Source: the human T2T-CHM13v2.0 reference genome, Homo sapiens. From it: a stretch of DNA of 64,000 bases. Positions within the stretch are counted from its first letter, which is position 1, and each line of letters opens with the position of its first letter. A model generated the notes under the pieces. That model searched no databases. It had not been told where the DNA came from and was given only the letters and a program-made list of their open reading frames with translations. Location of the stretch: NCBI RefSeq assembly GCF_009914755.1, contig NC_060925.1, one strand, 5' to 3'. Positions 13,901-27,410 of the stretch are shown here, one piece after another. A program made the translations under genes and the position numbers.

Positions 13901-14834
13901 TTATTATTGAGATATGTTCATAAATAAATTAATGAGAGAGGAACTTGAGATAAAGGAAATGGAGGAGAGAAATTGCATTTTTCCTGCATAATTACTCTCT
14001 TGTTTTAGAACACAAGTAGTCCTTTGGCATATTTTCAAAGTGTGGTATGTTTCACTTTTGTTTAAACTTGTCAAATTCTCAATGTAAAAGCCATTTAAGA
14101 CTTTTTTTTCCTTCTTTTTTGAAGGTTGCTTCTTTTGGCCTCTTAAAGATAATTAAGAGCTGTAATTTGTGAGGATTTTGATGGCATTTTTTGGCAGTGG
14201 TAGTGCAGGACAGGATACATGAATCATAGCATCTGCTTATTAGCAAGGTCTCATAGATCACTTGTCCAACTTTCCACCGGGTGCTGAGATGGTTGGTCTC
14301 TGTTATCTGTTCTTCCCACTTCTGCTGGATACATTCTGGGAAAAGAATTTCATTGATGAGTGAGCTGTACTTCCACTTCTGAAGTACAAAAGTTATTAAG
14401 CTAGGGAGCATTTTCTCCATTTGACACCTACAGGCCACTCAGTAAAAAAGCAAATGAATGATGAATGAGTAAGGTCCCTGGGCTGCTTCCTACTTCTTCT
14501 TAGAGTGGTTAAGGCCCTCTTGACATTTTTGGAGGATGATAAATGTGTGCCCTTGAAGTTTCCTTGTCCAGGCCAAACAGCCCCAATTTCTCCATGATCT
14601 TTGGACATTGCTTCCACATTTTCTCTCCTTCTTGCTCTCCACAGGGCAAGTTTCATTTCGTCAATTTTTTTTTGTAAAATACTGTAAAGATATCTGAATG
14701 AAGTAGACCAGGTATAATCTGATAAGCATAGAGTATGGTGGAGCATTTCTTTTAAGGTTCTGGGTATTGTTATTATCCTACTAATGGAACCAGCATTTGC
14801 TGGACCTTTTGGGGCCACCATGCCTTAGACAGGT

Positions 14835-15085
14835 AGATAATGGAATGGCATAGAGAATAGCCTGAAGCCGGCTGTCTTGGTTTGAATTCAGACTTACCAT
14901 TTATGAAATGTTTGACCCTAGACAAGTTGTTTAACCTCTCTGTAAACTTGTCTTCATTTGTAAAGTCGGGGGTAATCATAGTACTTATTTATACAGTTAT
15001 TATAAGGAGTAAATAAATTAGTTTGTGCTGAGTGCCTACAACAATGCCTGGAGTGAAATAAGCACTCTGTGTTAGCTTTTATTGA
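14835..15085 (+). mobile_element. MIR SINE
   Basis: GGTTTGAATTC...GACAAGTTGTTTAACCTCTCTG...CATTTGTAAAG. Confidence 0.85.
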
Positions 15086-16435
15086 ATTTACAATGAAAAA
15101 CGTCCAGGTCTTACTATCTGAAGTGCAGTTAGTTTTTTCAGCAAGGCTTTAGAATTAGACAGGGCTATGTTTAAATCTTAGCTCTGCTGTGTGTTTTGGG
15201 GGAAATTACTTTGCCTTTCTAAGCTTCTGTTTCCTCGTCTGTGAAAAGGGCATTAAAGAATAAAATCAGTTGAATTTCTGAGCCCTAATTAAGAACCTTG
15301 AGGGCAGAGCCATGGTTTACACTTGCTTTTTTTCTTCTTTCTTAACTTTACCTGGTATGCCATGTTTATAATCACAGCTAAATTAAAATAGTAAATATTT
15401 AAACTGAGTTTTCCCTTCAGTCTACCTTGTAGTAGAAAAATTAAATACTTCTATGTTACTTAAAACTGCACACTCACAAGTTTATGGTGGTGTATTGATT
15501 GGTTGTTCTGAAGAATGTATTCTGCTTGCCACCATGAACTGGGCTTCAGAATAAATAGGCTTCCTTGATCACTTCTCTCCTCATTAACTACTGTCTGGAA
15601 TTTAGAGGGAATACAAAGTCTGGTAGCTACATTGCCTACTAATCTTGCAAATGGCCTGTGAGGTGGGTAAGCAATCAGGTGAGTGACAAAGGTTATAGTC
15701 AATTTTCCTGGCACTCTGGGATTTATTTTTGTGTCCTTGAAGTTTTAAGCAAGTGAGTTTTGAGGTTGTTGAGAAAGTGGGAGACTATATTTTAAAATGG
15801 TTTATAGTTATTAATGTTTTCAAATCTTGGTGGGATTTTAAAGGTGGGTTAAGCTGCGAAAGTGAATGTAAGTTAAAGCCAGTTAAATAGAGGAGTCCCT
15901 CGTTCATTCTGTCTTTGGTATGCTTAGGATTTCATAAATTTTATGGGTTTCAAAATCTTTGCCTTGTTTTGAATGTTTCTAATAAGATGGAGTGAAGTGG
16001 CTTACACCTCATGAGACATGGAACAGTTATCCAGGAATGCTGCTTGGCACACATATAAAGAAAGCACTGGTCTATTGATTCATAAAAAATGTGTGACTGA
16101 TTTTCCTGGGACATGTGCATTATTTTCACAGAAGAATTTCATTTTTTACTTCCTCCCACCCTGTGCATCACTTGCACACGTTTGCAATTCATCAACTCTG
16201 ATTTCCAAAACTTCTGCCCCCTCTTCCCCCAACCACCTCCATCCAACTACCTAAAGTGAAATATATTAGATGGAGAGGAGGGAAATTTCCTTAAATGCCT
16301 AATTTTTATGTCTGTAAGGGGCATGGTGAATTTGAGAAATGGTCTGAATGTTAGCCCAGATGACTCAATGCAATTATGAAACAAATTGGAAGCTGTTTCC
16401 ATGAAAGAGTATGTATGCATGTGTTTCCACGAAAG

Positions 16436-16438
<3 letters not shown>

Positions 16439-16471
<33 letters not shown>

Positions 16472-16478
16472 GTGTGTG
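16439..16478. repeat. (TG)14-CG-(TG)5 microsatellite
   Basis: Read directly. Confidence 0.98.
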
Positions 16479-17044
16479 AGAACATGTGTTTAGGTCAGTT
16501 CTTTCATTCGTTCTCTTTCTTCCTCTTCTTTTTGTCGTTTCAAGGCTATGTTTTAGGTTGGCTATACAGCAATGAGGTTGCACTACACAGCCTCATCCCC
16601 TAAAGCCAAAATACAGCAAGTAGAAGACTGCTTAGCTCATCCAGTGAGAATCTCATGTATTATATTCTTACTTGCCATTGAGTTGCCAGAAAAAAAATAA
16701 ATAGCTTTGTCTTAGAAAGCAATAACTTTTCTGCAATGAAATAACATTAAACAACTCTACCTGGTATGCCATGTGCATTGTTTTTCCTTTCTTGGAAAGG
16801 AAAAACTTTCTTAGAAAACGAGGGCACACAATGATTAGCGCTAACTTTCTCTTTCATGTGTCCAACTTAAGATTTTCTAGTGAGGCAGAGTTATTTCCCC
16901 TTACATGCTTGGTTTAATGGAAAGGGCCTGGCTTTCAGTTTTGTTCATATTCAGCTACCAAGACCCAATCAGTTAATAACTTTGCCCAGAGTTGAAAGAA
17001 AAATTCCTCTGGGTACAGAGTTAAATTCCTCTGCGTGTGGAAGG

Positions 17045-17285
17045 CCATAGTGGTTAAAAAGTTAGGCTTCGGAGCCAGATCAACATAGATTCAGATGTGC
17101 CTCTGCTGCTCAATGTGTGATGAGGGCAAATTGCTGAACTCAAGTCTCAAGTTTCCTCATCTGTCTGATGGGGATCATAACGCACATCACCTGACGTTGT
17201 AATAATTGCCTGACAATGTGTATAAGGCACTCGTGTAAGATCTGGCACTTGGCAAGAGTAAAATGCATTTTAGCCTATACTTTTT
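17045..17285 (+). mobile_element. MIR SINE
   Basis: CATAGTGGTTAAAAAGTTAGGCTTCGGAGCCAGA...GTTTCCTCATCTG. Confidence 0.8.
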
Positions 17286-18199
17286 ACTCTTCATTTGTAA
17301 AATTGTGGTAAAGGGATTGGCCCTGGAGGGAGTAGGGTGAGGTGGCATTTTCAGGAAGGTAGCACAAGGTTACAGGGAGGACAATAGAAATGTACAGGAT
17401 GGCTGAAGACTCAGTAAGTAAATAGCATTGCTTCTTACAGCAGGCCGGAGGAGATCTCTATATTTTTCTTTATTAGAGAAAATTTAAGGGATATTGATTT
17501 TTAAAGGGAAGATTTATATTTTAATTTTAAAGAGGAAAATTTATCAGCTCCTATATATTTATTAGACATTTTGGGGGGGAAACAGTGAATGAATGAGACT
17601 GGTCCCATTTGATGTATGCTGTCAAAGTTTATAAACTATCTGATGAATTAGTAAGAACATATCAAACAAGACAAAGAGGCTCATTGTTAATGTGCGCAGG
17701 TGAGGCTTTGCAGGCTGCTTGTGGGTGAGGGTAAAAGTTTTCTTAACCTCAAGCCTGGATTCTGACCATAGAAACATTCCTCCTGAGTGAGTAGTGCTTC
17801 TAGAGTGCTTTCCTTCAAGGACCTCTCCGGCATCTGGCTCAATCACATGCCATCTTTTTCTCCTTTACATCTGCTTCCTTGCCCCACTTTGGCACCCAGC
17901 TAAGTGTGGGCAGATGGTGTGGCCTTGGGGACTCCAGAAGGGCCTTGGTGTCCTTCAGTAGCATGGAGTGTATAGCAGGGTCTGCCCGTGAAGGACCAGG
18001 GAGGTGAAGGGCCTTACAGGACTCATGTGGAATGCTTGTGAATGCATTATTTCCAAATATCCCTGAGTATTTGCAAGCGTTTTTATATACCTTTACTTCC
18101 ATTTTGCTTTGACAACACCATTACCATTCGTTGACGATGAGGAACTGATCGGAAATAAACCTAATTGTTATTTGCTTAACAGTTTCAAGACCTGCAACT

Positions 18200-18725
18200 T
18201 GCAGCAGTCTCCTGACGGTCTCTGTACATTTTCTCTGTCCCCTTCTAATCTATTCACCACATTGTAGCTGGAGTGATTTTTTTTTTTTAAACAGAAATCT
18301 GATCATGAGCTTTCTTGGTTTAAAACTCCTTCACGGCTGCCATTTGCTTACAGGTTTAGGGCTGAAATCCTTGCCATGGCTTGGCTTACAGGACTCTGTG
18401 GGTCTAGCCTCTGCTGACTTTGCTCCTCAGCACCAACCTATTCATCTTTCATCCTTCCCTCTTTCCAGAAAACCTAAAGGTGGAGCCCTGTCTACTCCAT
18501 CTGCTGCCCTGGTTACTCTCATCCAGGGCATTCATTCTCTTTTTATAAGTACTGTGAGGCCTTTTCACAATTTGTTACTACTGCATAGTTATGTACTTAT
18601 TTCTTGCCAGTCTCCCTCACAAGGCTGCAAACTTCAGGAGAGTGCAGACCGCAGCCTGTTCAGTCCTCATGGTATATGAAGCCTGTTGCATTACAGGTCC
18701 TGAGCCTCCATTTGTTGAATAATTT
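18200..18725 (+). mobile_element. L2 3' region
   Basis: AAATCTGATCATG...AAAACTCCTTCACGGCT...GGCTGCAAACTTCAGGAG...TTTGTTGAAT. Confidence 0.75.
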
Positions 18726-19278
18726 CATTAATTAATTAACCAATTAATTAATTTCCTCTAAAGGGTTTGAAACCCCAACTATTAAGGCTTATGTTGAAAG
18801 GACAATTTAAAGGAAAATAAACTGTTAGAAGAGGGAGAGATAGAAGCCCCAGAAACTTGGAATGAGTCAGATCTTACAGCTGAGCAGGAACCCAAGCTTT
18901 GAGGAAAGCTTTATTTATTTAAATAGGAGTCTCATAAGGAAGGCAGAAAAAGGAAACCCAAGCAGATGACTTGGTTCCTATTATCTGCTGAGAGGAAGCT
19001 CATCTGGAGTGATGACTTTTTCCTGGCACTAAATTTGACCTGAAAATTATAAAATGAATCCATACAGAATAAAAAATACCCTCCTGCTCCCATTATGGAT
19101 GATGTCTTCTATTGTAGTTTGCCGAAGGGACAGAGTTTGTGAGAGGGAGTGAGTTGAGATGAGGTGGAGATGAAAGCCTGTATATAATTTAGAGAGAACT
19201 TGGGGCAAACTAGAAAGATAGCCTGTGGTCTGAGATGAGGGCCGATGCCACAGACATGGGGACCCCTTTCCTTTCTGG

Positions 19279-19547
19279 CAGCATTTTCCTGTGTGTATTC
19301 TGGGGGGCCTTCAAGGTATTCTGTGACAAAAGGGTTCTCTAGTCAGATAGGTTTGCAAAACACTGCGTATTATATCCTGGCCCACCCTTGAAGTTGTATA
19401 ATGCATACCAATAAATAAAGACCCTGAGAAGTGAGAGTCTTATAGTGAAGAGATGTTTAGCTGTTTAATCCACCATTTTTCAAGCTTATTTGACCTCAGA
19501 AAACATAATCATAGAACTTCCCTCAAAACAGACCTGAGTAATGCTAA
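19279..19547. mobile_element. Ancient non-autonomous hAT-Charlie-type element (family uncertain)
   Basis: CAGCATTTTCC...AATGCT ends; internal inverted GTCAGATAGGTTTG / CAAGCTTATTTGAC. Confidence 0.55.
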
Positions 19548-19779
19548 TTTAGGAGTTGGAGAGAACAAGAAGTACCAGCATGAGATCAAGGTAGAGAAAC
19601 TCAATTATCTTTGTAGAAACATTTCTACTTTGAAATAGAAATAGAATGATCTAAGCTGAAATAGATTTTTTTGGGTGTGTTTTATTATAGTAGTGGTTGG
19701 AGTAGGGGTCCCCAAAAAGTAAGGATTAAGGGAGTGAGGATCTTTCCTTTATGAAAATGGTATGGACCAGTGTCATTTA

Positions 19780-20030
19780 ATGGAGGGTTTTGGTGGTTAG
19801 GAGGACAGGCTACTGGGTGTGAGTTCAGGGTCTACCATGTTTTAGCTGGATGACATAAGAAATTGCCTACCATCACAGTGCCTCCTTCCTCACCTGTGAA
19901 ATGTGGGTAATAATAGTAATGACTACAAGAGCTCTTCTAAGAATTAAATGTGATGATGCATGTATAATGCTGAGAACAGTGCCTGGTTCAAAGTAAGAGC
20001 TTAATAAATGTTAGCTATTAGTATTGCTGA
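19780..20030 (+). mobile_element. MIR SINE
   Basis: CCTCACCTGTGAAATG...AGAACAGTGCCTGG...AATAAATGTTAGCTATTA. Confidence 0.85.
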
Positions 20031-20540
20031 TTAAAGAATGCCAAGGAATTAATAAGCATGGAAAGATTGGAGCCCTTTACTCAGAGCAAAATCTAGAAAT
20101 GTCTAATAGCCAAAATATTCTTCTCATGGGGCCTTTTCCAGCTTGAGGCAAATGATAATATGTTTAGAAGCTGATGGGGTAATAGTTTCCCAGCTGGAGA
20201 AAAACCTGAGTCTTCATACAAGGAGAGAGAACCACAATGTGTGTTCCTGCAGTACTGCTGTGGAAGTCATGCTGTATGCAAGTACGTCCAAATCAATAAT
20301 CATAAGTAGCCCCGATGGCTGAACCCAAAGTCTTTCTTTATAATCTTTTATATTATTTCTTTAAAAGACTCTGCCTGTAAAAGAATCTGAATCTAGTAAA
20401 CTTACTCGTGATTTAATTTGAGCTCTGTTTGAGGTGTTGGCTCTGTTTGTTGATTATGCCAGGTTCTTTTTGGTTTCTAAGCAGTTGAATCAAGTGATAG
20501 AATGTCTGGTTTTCTAGTTGCTTCATACATGAAGTTGCAT

Positions 20541-20585
20541 ATCCATCCATCTATCCATCTATCCTTCCATCCATCCATCCATCCA
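20541..20585. repeat. Imperfect (ATCC)n repeat, likely an L2 tail derivative
   Basis: Read directly; followed by AAATATTTAT. Confidence 0.85.
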
Positions 20586-21454
20586 CGCAGTAAATATTTA
20601 TCAGTCAAGTACTACTAACCACTTCCAATTTATGAAGCATCCTCACAAAGCCCCCAAATGTGGTTTAAATATAGCACTAGGAATTCTTTAGGCCTCTGAA
20701 AGTTACTTATGAAAATGACGGAGACTGTTCTGTCTTATTTTCTTATCCTCCTAATTTACAAGTTCTGTTCTGTGTACACTGTGACTCTGTAAGAGTAGTG
20801 TTGGAGACTAGATTAAATGTAGATCTAAAATACCCTGTCCATAGGCAGAGATAGGTAAAGAATGGCTAATTACTAAATAATTAATAATAGCTGGTGATGC
20901 TGCTGGCCCTTATTTGACCTTTACATAAGCACAGCTGCCTCTGGGCTCATCCCAGGGGCTATCTTTATCAACACTAGAGTGTGATAATAAATGAGTTTCT
21001 CTAGGAATTTTTCTTTTTGTTCAGGCACTGTCTCTGAAGAGTGTTCCATGGGAAAACAATCCTCATGATATACATTTTTTTAATAGATAAAACTTTGGCA
21101 GATCCATTTTCAACCCTGGCATTCAGACCTCCTAAAATTGCTATCAGCTAATAGAGATTTAGGATATAGAAAGCTGGGAAGGCAGTCAAATTGGTTCCCG
21201 GCCACTAAGGCCCTGCATGCATAAGTATCACATGAGGGCTATGGACACCAAGACCAATCAGGCCAGGCTTTTCAGGAAGCTCTGCTCAGAATCAGGTGGA
21301 GAACATTCTTAAGCAGTAGTCAATTATTATTCTTGAATATTAATCACAATTAGTGCAAAAGACTACCTCTTGCCACTACCAGAATTATTTTGTATATAGA
21401 GATCTTATATGAGCATGGGAAAATTTATTTTTTAAATGCTACTCTCTGGGAAAC

Positions 21455-22130
21455 AAAGTCATTCACTCACCAGGTGTTTATTGAGTTAATTTTACGCCAG
21501 ACACTTTGCTAGGCCTAGTGATACAAGGTGAATGAGGCATGGCATTGCCCCTAAGGAAATATAAAATAGTATAGAGTTTCAACTTAAGTGTCAGATCCAA
21601 TCTATTAATTGGTAGTGGCTGCCTGGAGGATTGTGTTGGGGAGAATTCTGAGGCTTTGTCTGGACACAGTGATTGATTAGAACAATCTTCCTTGAGGATA
21701 GAAAGGGGATAATGGTAGATGTACCACCCATTTTCTGTACCTAGTCTTCTGAGAGACCGGCAGGCAGTTGCAGCTCCATATGTTAGGTACTATAGGAGGG
21801 GATCATATAGGATACTCTGGGAACACCTAATTCTGCACATGGAGCAGAAAATAGCATCACAGGCGGTTGAAACTTTGAACTGAGACCTGAAAATTAGTAG
21901 GAGATCCCCCCCGGTGAATAAACAAGAGAAGTGCATTTTAGGCAAAGAAGCAAAGTTGGACCTGGAAGCAAGCAATGGTAGGATGTGTTGGGAAAGGCAA
22001 ATTGTTCTTTGTACTGGGAAACTTTGCCAAGACCAGATCTCACTGAAGGATTTGGATGTTAGGCCCAGGAGCCTTGGAGGACTGTGAGACAACACTAAAA
22101 AAATACCGATCCTTGAAAAATATTAATCTG
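21455..22130 (-). mobile_element. L2 fragment interrupted at ~21570-21745 by a short hAT MITE (MER117-like)
   Basis: CATTCACTC...TTTATTGAG...GCCAGACAC L2 tail; insert contains ATTGGTAGTGGCTGCCTGGAG...GAATTCTGAGG. Confidence 0.6.
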
Positions 22131-22149
22131 AAAAGAAGGCACTGATGGC

Positions 22150-23008
22150 AGGCACCCTTTAGAGCTCTGGCCTCTGGTCTGTTCTGTTCAACCTCTATAC
22201 TGATGGCTTGGTTAGACAAAGATGACGTGCATGTTGATCAGATTAATAGAAGACACAGTGTTTGGAAGTTTTGTGAGCCTGTGGATGACTTAATCTGAAA
22301 CCAGATGTCTCAAACAGCTTGAACAATTCCAAACCAGAGGATATTTGCTAGGGAAAATATAAATTCTGTACTCTGGCTGAAACAACCAATTGTACAAGAG
22401 CAGGATGGAAGAATATTTAGCCTGGCAATAATATGTGTGACAAGAGTCAGATTTTGGTTACAAATGTCACCAGTCTACAATGTGACATGTCCACACTGAG
22501 AAAATAGTAATGATGGGCATGAAGAGTTCTAAAAAAGTTCTAATCATCCTGTCTCCTTCTGTCATGGGCCTACTACAAAAGGAGTGTTCATTTTGGTAAA
22601 GATGTTAAGATAAAAATTAGCTGGCATGAGTCCAGAGGAAAACATCTAGGCTGAGGAGATATTTTGGTTGATGATTTTAGGGTTACTAAACCCAGAAAGA
22701 GAAAATTAAGGACTGTCTTCAAATATTTTGAAGATAATCAGTAGCCTAGCACTTAGGCTTATGTTGTATGGAGTGATGAAAAATGGGTAGACATTTCTGG
22801 AAAGCAAATTTCAGCTCAGGTTCTCAATGAAGCCTCCAATGATGGGAGCTTCTTTGAAGTGGAAAGGGCAAATAATAAGTTTCCTGTCCGAGAAGTGAGG
22901 ATGCAGAGAATGGGTTAACACTTGTTGGAAAGATTGTAGAAGGGATTTATGTATTAGATATTGTTTGGGCTCAAAGGTCCTTCCAACTCTGAGATTTTTT
23001 TCATTCTA
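22150..23008 (+). mobile_element. CR1/L3 LINE 3' fragment (degenerate RT C-terminus and 3' UTR)
   Basis: GTCCAGAGGA, CTGTCTTCAAATATTT and terminal AAGGTCCTTCCAACTCTGAGATT...ATTCTA motifs. Confidence 0.75.
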
Positions 23009-24189
23009 GAGGAAAAAAAATATCCCTACACTGTACTGTCTTTGAAGCCAGAAAAAGAACATCTATAAATTTGAGCCCAACCTTTAAGTTGTGTCTCTTG
23101 TTGGGGCAGGTTTCTTGACTTGCTGTGATGACAGTGGAGCCTTTCTATCCCTCATCTGGACTTTACTTGTTGTAATCTTAAAAGTCCTCTCTCTCTCTTT
23201 TTATTTTTTTAACATCTCCTTCCTCTGTTTTCTGGGCCACTCACTCAAAGACACCCCATAAAATATTTGCCCGGGAAAGAAGGCACCTTCCAATAAAAAT
23301 ACCTATAACCTGGAGGACAAGACACAAAAGCCTTATTTCTCAGCTCTGAGCTTTTGTTAAAACCTGTGTTATGACTGGGTGAAATGAGCTGGCCTCAGAG
23401 AACAGGCCAGAAAACACAGGGAATCCTTTGGCTGATTGGCATCCTCTGCCATTGGTGACTCTCCATAACCCATGTTGTTGTCTCTGGCCGCCAGCACCCC
23501 ATCAGATGTTTTGCCAGCTTGAGTTCTGAGTCTGATTTCTCATGCCAGCTTCATCTTGGTGTTGCTGAATAAAGGAGTTTCCCACCATCACGATACACCT
23601 TCCCCTGCCCCTAGGAGAAATCTTCCTCCAGAGGGATGGGCAGCCATGTGGCTAAATGGGTTCCTGCTCAGAGGCGAGGAGGTGAGGAAGAACACAGTGC
23701 ATGTGCTGAGCAGAGATCCAGCTCCTACTCCTGGTTTCTTCCAAAACCTGCCTGTTAATCACCTGTTTACATTGCCAAGCATGCTTGACTGGGTAATGAT
23801 AGTAGGGGGAAAAGCAGTGAAAGGAACATCACAGGTTTTACTCAAGTGGAGTAATCCCTTCCTGATTTACAGGCATTTCGGTGGCTTTGGTGCAGACAGA
23901 GTGGCTGGTCTCATTCTTTTCACACCAATGGCCAGCAGCCCCCAGAAAGCAGTTGGACTCTTCGTACCCCTTTGATGTCCCCTCTTGGGTGATTCCCACG
24001 TGGAGGGTGGTGCCACTGGGCTTGGTTGCAGTCTGCCACCCCACCTTCCCAGTTAGCATTCCCACCTGCTGTTCCTGGTGACTCTTGGTAAAGTCAGACT
24101 GTTGGTGCCTGCACTTGTGGGTGTTATGTGAGGGACACATGGAGACCAGTTTGCTGTAGTCTCTTCTCTCACTGGCCTGCCCCGGTGCC

Positions 24190-24370
24190 ATGATCTTAGG
24201 ATACCACAGCTGAAAGGGAACTCAGAGGTCATCAAGCCTGACCCCTTTCATTTTGGCAATGAGGAAACAAAGGACTAAAGAGGTGAAGGAAATTGCTCAA
24301 GGTCACGCAGCTAGTTGGTGACAGGGACTGCAGCCTCAGCCTTTTGATTCATAAACCAGGGATCCTTTTT
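24190..24370 (-). mobile_element. MIR3/MIR SINE
   Basis: ATGAGGAAAC...TTGCTCAAGGTCACGCAGCTAGTT. Confidence 0.8.
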
Positions 24371-24679
24371 CTCTCCTAGGTTAAAGCATTGCCCTTTTTT
24401 AAATGAATATATTTATTTATTCAGAAATTCAGCAAATATTTATTGAACTGTGACAGAGATGAATAAAGTCTGTCTCCACAAACAACTCATAGACCTGGGG
24501 AGGAGACAGGGGATTATACAAATTAACTCAATGTGGAAAGTGCTGGTAAATGGAGGTAAGAATAGAAGGCTATTCTTTCCCTTCTCCGGGAAAAGTGCCT
24601 GACTTGTGTTTTGGTTATGGTGTGTTTTTTTTTTTGAGGAGAGTCAGAAAAGGCACCAAGGTAACCTGGAGACATAAAA

Positions 24680-24935
24680 TAGCATAGTGACCCAGGAAAT
24701 GGGCTCTGGAACCAGACTGCCTTCATGTGAATCCAAGCGCTGCTGCTCACCTGCTGAGTAACTCTGGGCAAGTTGCTTTTTGTGTCTCTAATTTCCACTC
24801 TAAAAATGTGAGGAAATTGATAATACTTATCTCCTAGATTTATTGTAGGAGTTCAGTGGGTTAATACATGGAAAACACTTTAAAAGTGTATTGGCATATA
24901 GAAAAAAACATAATAGCTATCATTATTACTATTAT
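24680..24935 (+). mobile_element. MIR SINE
   Basis: GGGCTCTGGAACCAGACTGCC...CTGGGCAAGTTGCTT. Confidence 0.85.
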
Positions 24936-25583
24936 TTCAAGAGCTGTATTTGAATAGTATGCTGAGTAATGAGACAGATCCTTATGTTTCAATGGTGACC
25001 AAAGATTTAGAAATGTTAGCATAGTTGCCAGTGAAAGATGCTGGTTTTGCTTGGGGCTCCTAGGGAAACCAGGCACGTAGATGGGAATGGACGGGTACAG
25101 TCTGGAAGCAGTGGATGAGAAGGGATTTGGGGAAGAAGAAAGCCAGAAGGCTAGCATTTCTTTTTTCCTTCATGGTTTTATCTAAGTTGGGGCCACAGAG
25201 GGGTGAATATTGTTCTGTTGAACAAACAGGGGGATATGGCAGTGTCTGGGGCTTTGGGGGACCAGTGGTGGTTTCTGGGTATGGCTTTTGTTCTGAAGGA
25301 GCTTCCTTCCAGAAGTGGGGACGTGTGCCCACAGATGCCTGTGCCCTGAAGAGGTGCAACAACGAGGTTTCTCTTTTGGGAAAGAGGAGAGAGACCAGTA
25401 TCTTAAGATGTTGTCATCTGGTTCCAATTTTCTCTCCTCACCTCTTTAGCATCTCTTACCTAATTATTTGCTTCCTGAAAGCATTTTTCTCCCAAGAGTA
25501 GGTGCCCAGAGATGCCCTTGGGTATAGGATCAATGCAACCGAGCAGATTGATTCCTCCAAACGTGAACCCTCATATGTTAGAT

Positions 25584-26105
25584 CAGTGGTCCCCAACCTT
25601 TTTGGCACCAGGGACTAGTTTCATGAAAGGCAGTTCTTCCACAGTGGTGGGGGGATGCTTTTGGAATGATCCAAGCACATTACGTTTATTTTGCACTCTC
25701 TATTATTATTACATTGTAGTAAATAATGAAATAATTACACAACTCACCATAATGTAGAATCGGTGGGAGCCCTGAGCTTGTTTTCCCACAACTAGATGAT
25801 CCCATCTGGGGTGATGGGAGACAGTGTCAGATCATCAGACATTAGATTCTCATAAGGAGCATGCAACCTAGATCCCTCGCATGCGCAGTTCACAGTAGAG
25901 TTCACGCTCCTATGAGAATCTAATGCCATCGCTGGCTGATCTGACAGGAAGTGGAGCTCAGGTGGTGATGTGAGCGATGAGGAGTGGCTATAAATACAGA
26001 TGAAGCTTTGGTCACTCTCCCACCGCTCACCTCCTGCTGTGCAACCCCGTTCCTAACAGGCCATGGACTAGTACTAGTCGTGGCCCTGGAAGCTGGGGAC
26101 CCCTG
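25584..26105 (-). mobile_element. MER1A (hAT-Charlie MITE), full length
   Basis: TIRs CAGTGGTCCCCAAC / GCTGGGGACCCCTG; 8-bp TSD TGTTAGAT / TGTTAGAC; internal inverted TAGATTCTCATA...TATGAGAATCTA; ~520 bp. Confidence 0.93.
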
Positions 26106-27164
26106 TGTTAGACCATTTCATATGGGCTGCATTCTTTTTTGGAAAATGAGGTGGTTGCAATGCATGGTTCTTAAGGTCCCTTCTTAGCACAAACATTCTT
26201 GTTCTTGGGCCCTGGTATTATGGATATTACACACATGGTTTTTGCTACTTGCCAGGGATCCGGGAAGGTCTGTGGCACCCGGTAATTTATAATTCTGCTG
26301 AGGCAAGGATTTGGCCAGAAGGAGTCACATGGCTGGTGAGTCAACTTAGCTGATCACCCAATCTCCACACTCAGTTCCTGGCACTTACTAACTGAGGTTG
26401 CAAAGGTCTCTGCATCTTCTCCTTCAGAATGTTGAAGGTTGGCTGCTACATCATTTTCCCTTAGATTTAGAGAAGAAAAGTTTTTCTACTAGAGCTCATA
26501 TTTCTCTCTTCTTCCATAGCGGCTTTTATTTAAACTATTAGGAGAGAAAACCCTCCATACTCGACCACCCACCTCCACACTGGCACAAATCCAGCCTAAA
26601 TCAGAACCGTCAGCTCACCCTGAGCCGGGCTGTGGACTTTTCTTCCAGGCAGGTGGGATAGGAATGGGAGTTGAAGTTTGAGCAACTTTTGAATTATTGC
26701 AGTTACCTGGATATATGATGTTTTTCTGCTGTGTATAAAGTGGGCTAGAAGGATCCTCACTCTTCCACACTCTGTCCTCCTCCCAAAAGAATTTCCTATT
26801 TGTTCAAGGTGCAGGATTGACAGCCCAGGAGACCTTGTGTCTCCACCTGGGCAGGTCAGACCATGGCCTATGTGGGTGGCTTGCAGCATGTCTGTGGAAA
26901 GTGGGCACAGACCACCTTTGAGGGACAAAGGGGCGGTTGTCTGAGGGCCCCTTTAGGAGCTCACCTTCCTTTGCCCTACTATTTCCTGTTTTGTTTTGCG
27001 TTTTGGGATGGGGGGGGTTTGGGGATGTATAGGCCATGCTTGTTCACCCTGAGTTGCTGTCCTTTCTTCCCATAACAATGTCTGAAGAAAGAAGAGGAGG
27101 GTGGGCTTGAAATTGTGATGGGGCTAATGCTTATTTTGAATACATGAGGTAATTTTTTGGGTTT

Positions 27165-27410
27165 TTGTTTACTTTATTCTTGCTGTTGAGGTATAATTAA
27201 TATAGATGAATTATGTGTTTGGTTCCATCAGTCTTAATAGTCATGTCCACTCATGAAACTACCTAAAGCAAGCTATAGAACATTTGCGTTATTTCAGAAA
27301 GTTCCCTTGTGCTCCTTTCTAGTCAATTGTACTACCCTGCCTCCCATCCCTACTCCCACACCTCTACCCAGAGGCAATCACTTTCTGGCTTCTATCACCA
27401 TAGTTTATAC
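27165..27410 (-). mobile_element. Old L1 (L1M/L1ME-type) 3' end fragment
   Basis: TTGAGGTATAATTAATATAG...CAGAAAGTTCCCTTGTGCTCC...GGCAATCACT. Confidence 0.75.

Noticed and set aside
14079-14979. Chain of three overlapping minus-strand ORFs (119, 141 and 68 aa)
   Set aside because: No recognisable domain, partly MIR-derived, and lengths within chance for 64 kb
18728-18753. (TTAA)n homeodomain-site array
   Set aside because: Sits at an L2 3' tail and is best explained as a drifted tail repeat
23556-24235. Overlapping 139-aa and 117-aa ORFs in GC-richer unique DNA
   Set aside because: No homology recognised and no convincing splice or start context
25840-25925. Long hairpin TAGATTCTCATA...TATGAGAATCTA (also at 51242-51321)
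   Set aside because: Intrinsic internal palindrome of MER1 elements, not a novel RNA
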